This document shows positions 24,330 to 37,384 of a stretch of DNA of 64,000 nucleotides, in pieces. The stretch spans positions 744,001 through 808,000 of the forward strand of contig JBHGNT010000007.1 of NCBI GenBank assembly GCA_043228905.1, read 5' to 3'. The stretch's first letter is position 1; every line of letters starts with the position of its first letter. The notes below the pieces were generated by a model, which did no database searches, had not been told where the DNA came from, and worked only from the letters and a program-made list of their open reading frames with translations. The DNA is from Azolla caroliniana. Taxonomy: Eukaryota > Plantae > Polypodiophyta. Position numbers and translations under genes: made by a program.

Positions 24330-27088
24330 CCCCACGATGCTAATCACCATCTCTATAGCCTTACACAAGTGGCTTAGGGGAAAAGGATTTGAGGGATATA
24401 TCAGGGTCGCGGAAGCACCATCGCACCCTAACGCCCTGGAGATAGCCAAGAAACTCAACATGGACACGGTGAAGAACTCCACCATCTGGAAGAATATACA
24501 ATTGTGAGTTCACTGAGGCACCGACCTCGTGCTCACAGATCTTCCAGATGGAAGAATAGTGATAGTTTGCAGCCTGTGGGCTGCCGTGGTTTTTTCCCCT
24601 AGGTTGGGGTTTTCCACGTAAACCTCCTGTGTATCTTCCTCTTCTTCTTGTTATGTTTTATCTCTCGTTTTTCTGTGTATCATTCTAAGCTCCATTGTAG
24701 CCGAGCGTTGCGCATAAGGAGCGTTGAGTTCCCATCAAAACCCTCAAGAAATATTTTGGCGAGCATTCAGTATCAGCAAAGGTGTACAGGACGAAGGACA
24801 TTCCAAACCCCTTCTTTTGGGAAGTCACGAGGTTCCTATTGGAGATCGGGTGCATACACGTTAACGCGTACACGATGCCTAAACAAAAAGCAGGCGTCAT
24901 AATCGATACCTTCAAAGGGCGCGTTGTCGATTGGGGTGTAATCACGAGGCCGGCATTATGGGAAGGACTATACGCGTATCAGGCCGGTAAGAAACTACGG
25001 TCAATTATTCAACAGTATCTTACTGTGCTATTTCCCCCTCACGGACTTCCTACCCCTCCAACCAACAAACCGATGCCTCCACCACGATCCGCAAAACAAT
25101 GGCTAGCGGAGTTAGCTACCACCGAATGGGAAGAAGAGGGACAATCACCCCGCACCATCGAGCCAACGACGTAACAAGAGCCACCGGCCAGGTGCGCCGA
25201 GACACAACCCTCCATGACAACAAAGGAACAGGAGCATGCCCAAGGCAGTCACAGGCCCAAACGGTGAAGATTGAATTGAAAAGACGGGCAGGGATTGGAA
25301 AAAGATACAACGGCCCCGACCGGAAACATCATCACTCAAGAGCATACAACTACATTGGAATTAATCCACGAGCCACAACCAATCATTACGGCTCAATCAC
25401 AACGAGGCATGGGCGTGCTCATAGCCGAGAGCGAGGTCTTAAGGTATCCGGACATTCCGGATACAACCCATGAGTTCGGCACACTATTACAATTTGGAAC
25501 TACGTACGAACTCATGGAGTTTTTGGCAACACATCAAATAAAAGTCTCTCAACGGATGGCCGAAGAGCACGCAGAACAATAGATGATCGAACGGGCATTA
25601 ACAAGTACAACGGAAAGTGAGGATGAGGGGCCACTTGCCAAGGTAGGCAAACATCGGAATGCCGGAATACGCCGAATGGGCACCGAGCTACCTCCCTTGA
25701 ATACGGCCCTCGTTGAAGTACACCGTGAGTTGACCAAAGTCAGCATAGGCACCAAGGATATGGCAACCAAGAATAAGAATGCTTGGAAAACAATAAAGCC
25801 GACACAAGATCAACTCCAGAAGGCCAAGGAACGCATTACGCAGCTGGAAAACAACATGACGACAACAGCGACCATCCCCGCACAAGCGCTTGATAATAAT
25901 GCGTCAAACACCTTACAAGAAGACCTCGAAGCACAAAAAGCCATAGTGGCCAAAGCAAAGAAAGCTACTCAAATGGCCGAAACAGAGATTGATCGGCTCC
26001 GAGCGGAACTTCGCCAGTCTTCGGATAGGGAAGCAGATGCTAGGGCGAAAGGCCACCAGGTGGTCAAGACATTGGAAGGCAAGCTCCAAACGGAGGTCGC
26101 AGTTCGTAGCAGAACAAAGGAGGAATATGAAAAGCTGCGTGAAGAGGCAAACAAGAAGGACGCTGCAATCACGGGATTACAGGAGCTCGCAGAGAAAAAG
26201 AAGGCCTAGTACGACGAGAAACTAATACATGAGTGCAACTAAACAATGAGATGGAACAGCTCGAGGAACTACTTTTAAAAGAGTCCCAGTTATGGGCCAA
26301 AATGAAGAGTCTTTACGAAGAAGCCATGGTGGCAAATAAGCGAAAAACAAAGAATCTAATGAAAGCTTTAGAGGAGTCCCAAGTACACACCACCTTGATG
26401 ATAAACCAGATCCGCACCCTCCTACAAGCCAATCACGATAAGTTTAATACGCAGCTAAAGGTGGCTATGGACAAAGGATGGGCTAGATGGGCGACGCAAG
26501 CTATAGAGCTACATATATACTGCGCGGATAGGGAAAACCGCCGAAAGGACGGCAAGGGCTTTTATAAGCTAAGTGAAGATAACATCGTGGCCGTACGCGG
26601 AAGATTACCAAGCGCTAGCCAATCAGCACTCCGAAGAACTCACAAAACTGATGGAGTAGTTCGCAGAAAGCCAGGAAGAAACCTTCTGACAACTGATGGA
26701 CATGGGCAGCGAAACTCAGATGGCGGAAGAATTAAAAAAAGTGGAGGCAATTACTATGTCGGACAGTCACTCCACAGAGCAAACCAAGTCCCCGCCCAAT
26801 GACGGGCCTAAAGTCACAACGGTGGGCAATCAAACAAGTGTTGAAACCATAGAGGAGCGGCTACGAGAGGGGGAACCACGCCAAGAAGAGCCCTCGACAG
26901 AGCCGGAAAAGGTGGCCTCTGAAGAAGCACCAACAGAACAAGCCCAGCCAACCTCGGGTGAAGAAGAGAGAGCGGAAACCACGGCATCGATCGAGCGAAA
27001 CATCGACGCCCCTACAATCGTCACACCACCTCTGGACCAAGACACACGGGCAGAGCCGAACATCCTGGACACTTTGGATGACGAATAG
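24330..27088 (+). pseudogene. Decayed accessory ORF of the gypsy element (globular N-part, Pro-rich linker, coiled coil, acidic tail)
   Basis: Chain of plus-strand ORFs 24133-24507, 24782-25174, 25295-25582, 25583-26209, 26233-26802 and 26696-27088 between integrase and the 3' LTR. Confidence 0.7.
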
Positions 27089-28511
27089 ACGAATGGGTTC
27101 GGCATGCCATGGCACTGTCCCACAGGCATGCCAGGTGTTGTCAGCCGGAATAGTAACCGTCGGACATAACACAAGGTAAATTAAAATTAAAATATTGTAA
27201 GAAACACATGTAATGGTTCACATGAGGAGCGTAACCGACGAGACCCTCTGTGTATATAAAGGGTAGAATTCCTACGATAAGGGTTAGCGTTGTTTCGAGA
27301 GCTCTTTTCTAATATAGTACTATCTTCCCTGATCTACTGTGTAAGTGCCAGTGTGATATTGAGTGAGGGATTATACTCCGTAAGAAGTGCATAACTGTAA
27401 ACGTAAGGTTAAGCGTGTCCGCGTAGTTATGCATCGTTCCTTCGGTTGTAGTCGGAAACTTTCACACCCTATAGATACGCATCAGTAACAAGGTGCGAAC
27501 GTACGCCATGCGCCTTTCTATCCCTTGTAACACAACCCCTTGACGCCTACCCCGAAGGACTATGGGTAGACGGTGTTCTAGGCGACGATACGCCGACAAC
27601 ATGGTCCAAAGCTCCTGCGGGATTTGAATTCCTAGAGGCCTACTTGGCGACATGTTGACTATATGCATTGTATTGAGTAGCACCTTGGCAAAGAAACCAT
27701 TTGATAGTCCGGTGTGTTGCATCATGGCGAAAATTCGCTCCTGAATTGTCCAATTCATTCTTTCTGCAACATCGTTCTATTCCAATCATATGGGGTTTTC
27801 AGCTCTCGTCTGATGCCGCCCTGTCGGCAATATTTGACGAATTCATCCGATTGGAATTCTCTACCATTATCCAATCTTAAGAATTTTAGCTTTCGGTATC
27901 ATTGGTTTTCAACCATTTTAGAAAGTTGATACACCAGTATCACATGTCATAAATAACATATAAAATTTGCTAAAGTGTCAAAATGATCATTTCTAAAATT
28001 CAATAGTTTTTCGATAAATGTTTAAATGTTGATGGTCTACAGATATGAAATGTGGTTAACTTAAGGACAATCACAATGGTTAACTCAAAGAACAAGTTAA
28101 GATTAATGGTTTTACCATCTTGAGGAGATGTAGGTTCTAGAAGTGTCATCAACATCTATAAATTTAGTGCTCATCAACATCCATAAAGTCAGAACTCCAA
28201 AAATGTAGACAATATTCATGAACTATCAAACCTGTCAAACCTAGATGTGAACATTAATATATCCTTCGAACATATCACACAGTTATTAGGGTATCCACAC
28301 TACTCTCCTCTTCTTCCTTTTGAGAACTCTCCTCGAAAATTTGTGCAGTAGTATCTACTCCACATAGGCTAGCAATAGTAGGGTCCTCTACTAGCTCGTC
28401 ATCAAAATTAATAAGCTCCCTAAGTTCACCAATTAATGGAGTAATTGGTTCATGCGATCCATGGTGAAAACGTTAAGGCTTTAATCCTCATGTGAATGAA
28501 AGTCACTTGCT

Positions 28512-29151
28512 CATCCAACTTTTGTTGGTGTAAAGTCATAAACAATGATTACCATCGATACAATTATTCTAAAAACAGAGATTTCAGTACAATTCGGTAC
28601 AATGTAATGAATTCAGATTGCAATACAATTCGATACTCAAGTTTAAAGTGTTTTCATCAAAATTCGATTCTTAGTATTAAACTTAGGATCAAAGTTTTTA
28701 TTTTATTTCGAAAAATAATAATAATTCAAAACTTTAAACCTAAATTCAGTAGTAAGTATCGAATTGTGATGAAAATATCACAATTCGAAACCTGAATTTG
28801 ATACTAAGTATTGAATTGTGATAAAAATAGTGTGTTTTCATTACAATTTGATACTTAGTATTGAGTTCAAGTTTAAAGTTTTTTATTCATTTTTATTTCA
28901 TAAGTATCGAATTGTGATGCTTTCATCACAATTCGATACTTCTAGAAATAAAAATAAAAATAAACTTTAAACCTGAACTCAATACTAAGAATCCAACCAA
29001 TTGTGATCAAAACACTTTGAAGCTGAGTATCAAATTGTATTGCAATCTAAATTCATTACATTGTATCGAATTGTACTGAAATCTATGGTTTTAGAATAAT
29101 TGTGTCAATGGTAATCATTGTGTATGACTTTACACTGATAGAAGTTGGATG
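28512..29151. mobile_element. Foldback/MITE-like element with about 190-bp terminal inverted repeats
   Basis: CATCCAACTT...GTGTAAAGTCATAAACAATGATTACCAT mirrors ATGGTAATCATTGTGTATGACTTTACAC...AAGTTGGATG; internal hairpins TCGAATTGTGAT...ATCACAATTCGA. Confidence 0.85.
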
Positions 29152-29351
29152 TTTAAGGATGTCAACGATAAAAATAATAATAGAGAAATTACGAAGTCTA
29201 GAAGTTGTCTTAGATCAAAGGTGAACAAGATTTAGTGCACATAATTTGGAGACACCATTTGGTTTTAAATGAAGACAATGCTTTGATTGGTACATTTGAA
29301 AATGAGGAGGAAGAGTCATAATTGTATATTAGCTATAATAGTGACTCTCAT

Positions 29352-32300
29352 GAAGTGTGTGTTCGGATGTTTATGCAGAAGTGTGTGTTCGGATCTTATG
29401 GCTATGAAAAGCAAACAACGTAAATAGAAAGTAGAAAGGGCAGATTGAGACTTACACAGATACAAGCTTTAATGGAAAGCTTCTTATTTTTGCACAACAC
29501 GTTTTTCTCTCTCAGAGATTACAATCGTCTGCTCGTCGTCTTCTTTACAATGTTAGGTATTCGCTTATATACTAAGCCCTAACTTATTACCGAGTTCACA
29601 CTAGGATGGATACAATTTGGAAGGAGTCGGCCTTTTATGCCAACAAAATCCCCCATAAAAGGACTACTTTTTCTTGCATGTACAAGTGCTTGGGATTATC
29701 TCCCCCATAAACCTAGATTACAAATTTAACTAGATTTTATGTTACAAGTCTGTCGGCAAGTAGCCAAGTCGCGAGTGGTATAGTATGAGTGTCGTTCAGT
29801 TCTTACCTTCTACTACTCATTCGGCTTTCTTTTGCTCGGTCGCTTGTCGTAGCCCCATCTTCATCCTTAGCGTTCTGAAGCGTTGATCTGGGAGTGGCTT
29901 TGTCAGGAAATCGACGATGTTCACCTCGGTGTTGACCTTCCAGACTTCGAGTTTCTTCTCGGTCACGAGCTCCCGAATATCATGATACCGCACCTCAATG
30001 CGCTTCGTCTTCGCATGGTAGACGGGATTGTTGATGTGGTGTATTGTGCTCTGTGAGTCGCAATAGATGGTCGGCGTTGGTCGGTCTGTTCGGTTTGTAG
30101 TTCCAAAATCGGCAGACAGTCAGTGCAACCAGATCGCTTCCTTCACTGCTTCCGATGCTGCTATGTACTTGGCTTTTGTGGTATACAGAGTCGTGCACTC
30201 TTGAAGTTTCAACCTCCATGATATCGCACCGCTACCATAGGGGAATATGTATCCTGATGTCGATTTCCGATTATCTGTGTTTCCAACGTAGTCAGAATCG
30301 GTGTAGCCTTCGACTTCGGTTGATGTTGTCGAACCGAATGTCAGTTGTGCATCTGTGGTTCCTTTCAGATACCTAAGGATGTGCTTAATGGCCTCCCAAT
30401 ACTTCTTTCCTGGTTTTGACATGTACCGGCTAACCACCTCTACGGCATAGGCTAGGTCGGGTCGGGTCGCTATCATTGCGTACATGATACTTCCTACTAC
30501 TGATGTGTAGGGTATCTTTCCATTAAGCTCTCTCTCCTTGTCGTTTACAGGAGAGTCTCTGTCCGATAGTCTGATTGACGTCAAAAGCGGTGTTGGTGCT
30601 AGCTTTGCATTCTCCATGTTGAAGCGCTTGCAGATGTAGTCAGATTGGGAGAGTCGGAGAGTCTTGGTCGTCCGATTTCGCTCTATCCTCATGCCCAATA
30701 TATGTCGAGCTTGTCTTAGTTCCTTCATTGTGAACTTTGCGTGAAGGCTCCGCTTAAGCTTTCCGATCTCTACTTGATTGCTCCCTGCAATCAGTATGTC
30801 GTCGACATAAAGGATCAGATAGATCCTGGACTCGTCGGCCAGTTGCCAAACATACATGCATGGGCCAGAGTCTAATCTGTTGTATCCAAGCTGCCTTATA
30901 TGGGAGTCGAACTTCTGGTACCACATTCTTGGCGTTTGTTTGAGGCCATATAGACTTTTCTTTAGTCGACATACGAGATGATTGTCCTCCCCCGTCGCCG
31001 TGAAGCCTGCCAGTTGAGACATGTATATGTCTTCTTCCAGATCTCCGTGTAGGAATGTCGTTTTTACATCCTTCTGCTCGAGTTCTAGGTCTTTTGTCGC
31101 TACGACTCCTAGTAGGAGTCAGAGGGTGATCATCTTGACTACTGGTGAGAATATCTCGTCATAGTCGACCCCGTATTCCTGTTTGAATCCTTTCGTGACA
31201 AGCCGAGCTTTGTACTTGGGTTTCTCTGAATCGAATACATACTTGTATCAGAATATCCATTTGCAAGGTAGCGGCTTTCTTCCTGATGGTAGTTCAACGA
31301 GCTCCCATGTCTGATTCTGATGAATTGAGTCCATTTCGGATTTCATGGCATGCAACCATGTTTCGGCGTCCGGTGCGGCCATAGCTTCATCATATGTGCT
31401 TGGTTCATCTGCATCCATGTAGTTGACGTAGTCAAGGCCCGGTTGATAAAACTCTGTTTTGCCTTCGAGCTCGTCCAGATCTCCTGGGTGCCGTAATATC
31501 TAGTTCGGAGTCTTTGATCGGTTCTTTTTTACGATCGGCATTTGTTGAACCAGTTGAGTCAGGAGTCTTGTTCGGTATTCTGCCCCCGGTTTGGGATTTC
31601 GGCGGTGTCTGGTTGTTCTTCCCTGTCGGAGAGTCTTGGTCGTCCGATTTCGCTCTATCCTCATGCCCAATATATGTCGAGCTTGTCTTAGTTCCTTCAT
31701 TGTGAACTTTGCGTGAAGGCTCCGCTTAAGCTTTCCGATCTCTACTTGATTGCTCCCTGCAATCAGTATGTCGTCGACATAAAGGATCAGATAGATCCTG
31801 GACTCGTCGGCCAGTTGCCAAACATACATGCATGGGCCAGAGTCTAATCTGTTGTATCCAAGCTGCCTTATATGGGAGTCGAACTTCTGGTACCACATTC
31901 TTGGCGTTTGTTTGAGGCCATATAGACTTTTCTTTAGTCGACATACGAGATGATTGTCCTCCCCCGTCGCCGTGAAGCCTGCCAGTTGAGACATGTATAT
32001 GTCTTCTTCCAGATCTCCGTGTAGGAATGTCGTTTTTACATCCTTCTGCTCGAGTTCTAGGTCTTTTGTCGCTACGACTCCTAGTAGGAGTCAGAGGGTG
32101 ATCATCTTGACTACTGGTGAGAATATCTCGTCATAGTCGACCCCGTATTCCTGTTTGAATCCTTTCGTGACAAGCCGAGCTTTGTACTTGGGTTTCTCTG
32201 AATCGAATACATACTTGTATCAGAATATCCATTTGCAAGGTAGCGGCTTTCTTCCTGATGGTAGTTCAACGAGCTCCCATGTCTGATTCTGATGAATTGA

Positions 32301-35300
32301 GTCCATTTCGGATTTCATGGCATGCAACCATGTTTCGGCGTCCGGTGCGGCCATAGCTTCATCATATGTGCTTGGTTCATCTGCATCCATGTAGTTGACG
32401 TAGTCAAGGCCCGGTTGATAAAACTCTGTTTTGCCTTCGAGCTCGTCCAGATCTCCTGGGTGCCGTAATATCTAGTTCGGAGTCTTTGATCGGTTCTTTT
32501 TTACGATCGGCATTTGTTGAACCAGTTGAGTCAGGAGTCTTGTTCGGTATTCTGCCCCCGGTTTGGGATTTCGGCGGTGTCTGGTTGTTCTTCCCTGTCG
32601 GAGAGTCCTGGTCGTCCGATTTCGCTCTATCCTCATGCCCAATATATGTCGAGCTTGTCTTAGTTCCTTCATTGTGAACTTTGCGTGAAGGCTCCGCTTA
32701 AGCTTTCCGATCTCTACTTGATTGCTCCCTGCAATCAGTATGTCGTCGACATAAAGGATCAGATAGATCCTGGACTCGTCGGCCAGTTGCCAAACATACA
32801 TGCATGGGCCAGAGTCTAATCTGTTGTATCCAAGCTGCCTTATATGGGAGTCGAACTTCTGGTACCACATTCTTGGCGTTTGTTTGAGGCCATATAGACT
32901 TTTCTTTAGTCGACATACGAGATGATTGTCCTCCCCCGTCGCCGTGAAGCCTGCCAGTTGAGACATGTATATGTCTTCTTCCAGATCTCCGTGTAGGAAT
33001 GTCGTTTTTACATCCTTCTGCTCGAGTTCTAGGTCTTTTGTCGCTACGACTCCTAGTAGGAGTCAGAGGGTGATCATCTTGACTACTGGTGAGAATATCT
33101 CGTCATAGTCGACCCCGTATTCCTGTTTGAATCCTTTCGTGACAAGCCGAGCTTTGTACTTGGGTTTCTCTGAATCGAATACATACTTGTATCAGAATAT
33201 CCATTTGCAAGGTAGCGGCTTTCTTCCTGATGGTAGTTCAACGAGCTCCCATGTCTGATTCTGATGAATTGAGTCCATTTCGGATTTCATGGCATGCAAC
33301 CATGTTTCGGCGTCCGGTGCGGCCATAGCTTCATCATATGTGCTTGGTTCATCTGCATCCATGTAGTTGACGTAGTCAAGGCCCGGTTGATAAAACTCTG
33401 TTTTGCCTTCGAGCTCGTCCAGATCTCCTGGGTGCCGTAATATCTAGTTCGGAGTCTTTGATCGGTTCTTTTTTACGATCGGCATTTGTTGAACCAGTTG
33501 AGTCAGGAGTCTTGTTCGGTATTCTGCCCCCGGTTTGGGATTTCGGCGGTGTCTGGTTGTTCTTCCCTGTCGGAGAGTCCTGGTCGTCCGATTTCGCTCT
33601 ATCCTCATGCCCAATATATGTCGAGCTTGTCTTAGTTCCTTCATTGTGAACTTTGCGTGAAGGCTCCGCTTAAGCTTTCCGATCTCTACTTGATTGCTCC
33701 CTGCAATCAGTATGTCGTCGACATAAAGGATCAGATAGATCCTGGACTCGTCGGCCAGTTGCCAAACATACATGCATGGGCCAGAGTCTAATCTGTTGTA
33801 TCCAAGCTGCCTTATATGGGAGTCGAACTTCTGGTACCACATTCTTGGCGTTTGTTTGAGGCCATATAGACTTTTCTTTAGTCAACATACGAGATGATTG
33901 TCCTCCCCCGTCGCCGTGAAGCCTGCCAGTTGAGACATGTATATGTCTTCTTCCAGATCTCCGTGTAGGAATGTCGTTTTTACATCCTTCTGCTCGAGTT
34001 CTAGGTCTTTTGTCGCTACGACTCCTAGTAGGAGTCAGAGGGTGATCATCTTGACTACTGGTGAGAATATCTCGTCATAGTCGACCCCGTATTCCTGTTT
34101 GAATCCTTTCGTGACAAGCCGAGCTTTGTACTTGGGTTTCTCTGAATCGAATACATACTTGTATCAGAATATCCATTTGCAAGGTAGCGGCTTTCTTCCT
34201 GATGGTAGTTCAACGAGCTCCCATGTCTGATTCTGATGAATTGAGTCCATTTCGGATTTCATGGCATGCAACCATGTTTCGGCGTCCGGTGCGGCCATAG
34301 CTTCATCATATGTGCTTGGTTCATCTGCATCCATGTAGTTGACGTAGTCAAGGCCCGGTTGATAAAACTCTGTTTTGCCTTCGAGCTCGTCCAGATCTCC
34401 TGGGTGCCGTAATATCTAGTTCGGAGTCTTTGATCGGTTCTTTTTTACGATCGGCATTTGTTGAACCAGTTGAGTCAGGAGTCTTGTTCGGTATTCTGCC
34501 CCCGGTTTGGGATTTCGGCGGTGTCTGGTTGTTCTTCCCTGTGGTTGTCATCGACTCGGTTCTGACTTACCTCTTAGTGACTCTGCCTTTGTCGACTCTT
34601 GTCAATTCGGCTTTGTTTTTTATGACTTTGTCTTTGAATTCGACGTTGGGACATATTGTCGATTCGGTGTCGGTTGGAGTTCAACTGTCTGTTGACTCTC
34701 TTATTCGGCCGGGTGGGTCGATCCTTCTATGACAATACTGTCATCTTTAAAGGATACCTTCTTACCAACTGTTTTCTGTTGGTTCCCCTGAGAGAAGATA
34801 GAGTCTTCATTGAAGACTATGTGGCTGCTCCGGATCAATTTCCGGTTCTCAGGGTCCTATAGTTGGTAGTTGAAGTCCCCATCGGTTCCATAACCGAGAA
34901 ATATGCACTTTGTTGCATGGGGTGCCAACTTTTTCCTTTTGTCCCTAGGGATGAACGTGTAGGCTTCGCTTCCGAATATATGGAGCCTATTGTAGGTCAG
35001 TTGTTTGCCTTACCATAGTGCTTGTGGCACTTCAAGCCTGATTTCTCTTGACGGCGCCAAATTTATCAGGTACACTGACGTCTTCAATGCCTCGGCCCAG
35101 AATTCCAGCTTCAATCCGGCTTGCTGGAGCATTGTCGTCACCCTGTCCTGGATTGTTCGGTTGATCCGTTCAACCACCCCATTCTACATGGGTGTGTAAG
35201 GAACGGTCTTTTGATGACGGCTCCCTTTTTCGGATAAGTATTGTTTGAAGGCTCTGGAGGTGTACTCACCTCCGTTGTCGGATCGGAGTGTCTTCACTTT

Positions 35301-37384
35301 GTGTCCCGAAAGGTTCTCCACTTCAGATATCCATCGAGTGAAGACCTCGAGCGCTTCATCTTTGGACTTGATGGAGTATTCCCAAACATTCCGTGTACAG
35401 TCATCTACGAATGTGATGAAGTATTGGAAGCCTCCTAGTGATCGCTTTGGCATGGACCCACATATGACTGTGTGCACGAGCTCTAGGGGTTGTCATACCG
35501 TCTCGTAGTGGAGAGAGTGCGGACTTCGGGTCTGTTTCCCATATCGACAATGCTCGCAAAAGTCCGTCTTTGCCTGAAGTTTCGGGATGTAGCCGATCGA
35601 CATCAGCCGATCAAGTCCTACCTGTGACATATGGCCGAGTCGGCCATGCCATAGGTTCGGGTCGGTCTTTTCGGCTACGTTCACGGCCCCTTCAGGGTTG
35701 ATCTCCATCAATGGATATAGATTGTTGTACTTGTACCCACTCCCGATTTTTAGGTTTCCCCGACTGATCACCCATGTCGACTCGTGTAGAGTCGTTCGAT
35801 ACCCGTGTTCGGCTAACATGCTGATGGAGACCAGAATCCTCTTTTGATCGGGTACGTGCCAAACTCGGTGCAAGGTTATTGTGTTGCCATTTGGCAATCT
35901 AATGGGAACCTCCCCAGTTCCGGCTATCTTGCACTCCTTCCCATTTCCCAGTCGAACTGTGCCGTTGGCGTCGACTGAATAGTTCGAGAACCATTCAACG
36001 TTGGGGATCACGTGAAATGTGGCACTAGAGTCTAATAGATATGTGTGTACAACTTGTGCACTGTAGAGGACTTCTCCGATCATCAAATCCTCTAAGGTGA
36101 GGATTTCTCCGGATCGGGTGTCGGCAACATTGATCTGGTTGCCGACTGGAGAGTGGTCCAAGTCGGAACGTCCCCAATTCCGCTCGGATTGTCGACTACT
36201 CTCTTTTCTTTTTATTGACCAGCAATCAAAAACATTGTGGCCAGCTTTCCTGCAGTGTGTGCAATACTCACTTGTTCGGCCCGTTTTCAACTTCGACTGT
36301 TGTCGGTCTCCCCTCGTTCTCGATTGACTATATCGTCGACCGGTTCTGTCGGCTTGTTCTTTCAGTCGAACGACTCGGTCGACTGGTGGACCTTCTGCCG
36401 ACTCGTCGATGGATAGTCCCATCGATTTTCGCCTGATGTCCTCTGTGAGGACTTGGCTGATTGTTTCGTTCAAATTCAGGATCGGTCAGCTATTGGCGTA
36501 TGTCGTACAAAATACCCCCCAACTCGTCGGCAAGCTCGATAGAAGGGCAATTGCTTTCACTTCTTCTTCGAAGTTGATCCCTTGGGACGAGAGCTCTGAC
36601 AACACCCGGCTGATGGTGTTGATGTGGGAGGTTCCGGATCGGTCTCTTTCATCTTCATGTTGAACAATTGTATCATCAATATCAGTTTTGAAGATGAGGA
36701 CTTCTTCTCATATACGACCTGTAATTTCTCCCACAATGAGAACGATGTCGTCTCTCTTGCCATGCTGAAATAGACATTTTCAGCTAGATGCATTCGGATG
36801 GTGAAGCGTGCTATTTCGTCCATTGATCTCCACTCTTCTGCTGTCATCGAAGCAGGCTTTTTGTTATGCCGAATGGCTTCGACCTGTCTTCGGATAATCA
36901 ACACATCTTGCATCATCTCTTTCCACAGGGCAAAGTTTTTGCCGTCGAACTTTCTGATTTCAACTCCTGTTCTGAATGTTGAAGCCATATTCTTTCTGTG
37001 GATTTGATGTTTCTGACCTGGTCTTTTCTTTCAGCTTCTTCTTCTGTTATCTGTTGCCGCCGCACAGCAGAACACAGCTTTGATACCAGTTGTTGGTTAA
37101 TGTCGATGTTTATGCGGAAGGGTGTGTTTCGATCTTATGGCTATGAACAACAAACAACGTAAACAGAAAGTAGAAAGGGCAACATGAGACTTATACAGAT
37201 ACGAGAGTTAATGGAAAGCTTCTTATTTCTGCACAATGCGTTTTTCTCTCTCAGAGATTACAATCGTTTGCTCGTCGTCTTCTTTACAATGTTAAGTATT
37301 TGCTTATATACTAAGCCCTAACTTATTACCGAGTTCACAATAGGACGGATACAATTTGGAAGGAGTCGGCCTTTTATGCCAACA
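29352..37384 (-). mobile_element. Full-length Ty1/copia element with an internal fourfold tandem amplification
   Basis: LTRs 37091-37384 and about 29352-29645 (left terminus rearranged); PBS TGGTATCAAAGC at 37077-37088; PPT at about 29646-29655; gag 36988, CTHCRKAGH, LLDSSATFH, integrase, RT (YVDD) and RNase H. Confidence 0.95.
30653..34542 (-). repeat. Four tandem copies of a 972-bp unit (integrase-RT linker plus N-terminal RT)
   Basis: Units start at 30653, 31625, 32597 and 33569; only two variant positions were noticed by eye. Confidence 0.97.

Larger units (their letters stand above)
18421..27601 (+). mobile_element. Non-chromovirus Ty3/gypsy LTR retrotransposon with an extra 3' coding region
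   Basis: LTRs 18421-18900 and 27136-27601 (TGTTGTC...GACAACA); TSD TAGTC/TGGTC; PBS TGGCACGCC (tRNA-Arg type) at 18905; gag, protease (IVDGG), RT (YSFLDGFSGYNQ, FLDD), RNase H (VDASD), integrase (WGLDFVGPF) to about 24120. Confidence 0.95.
11483..27922 (-). mobile_element. Old host Ty1/copia split into three pieces (11483-11659, 17405-18420, 27607-27922) by nested insertions
   Basis: RT and integrase reading continues across both insertions (QWYKKFDDFINL/VGFLENDEDHCLF; IPQELWT/RPDYKKLRIFGCEAF). Confidence 0.85.
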
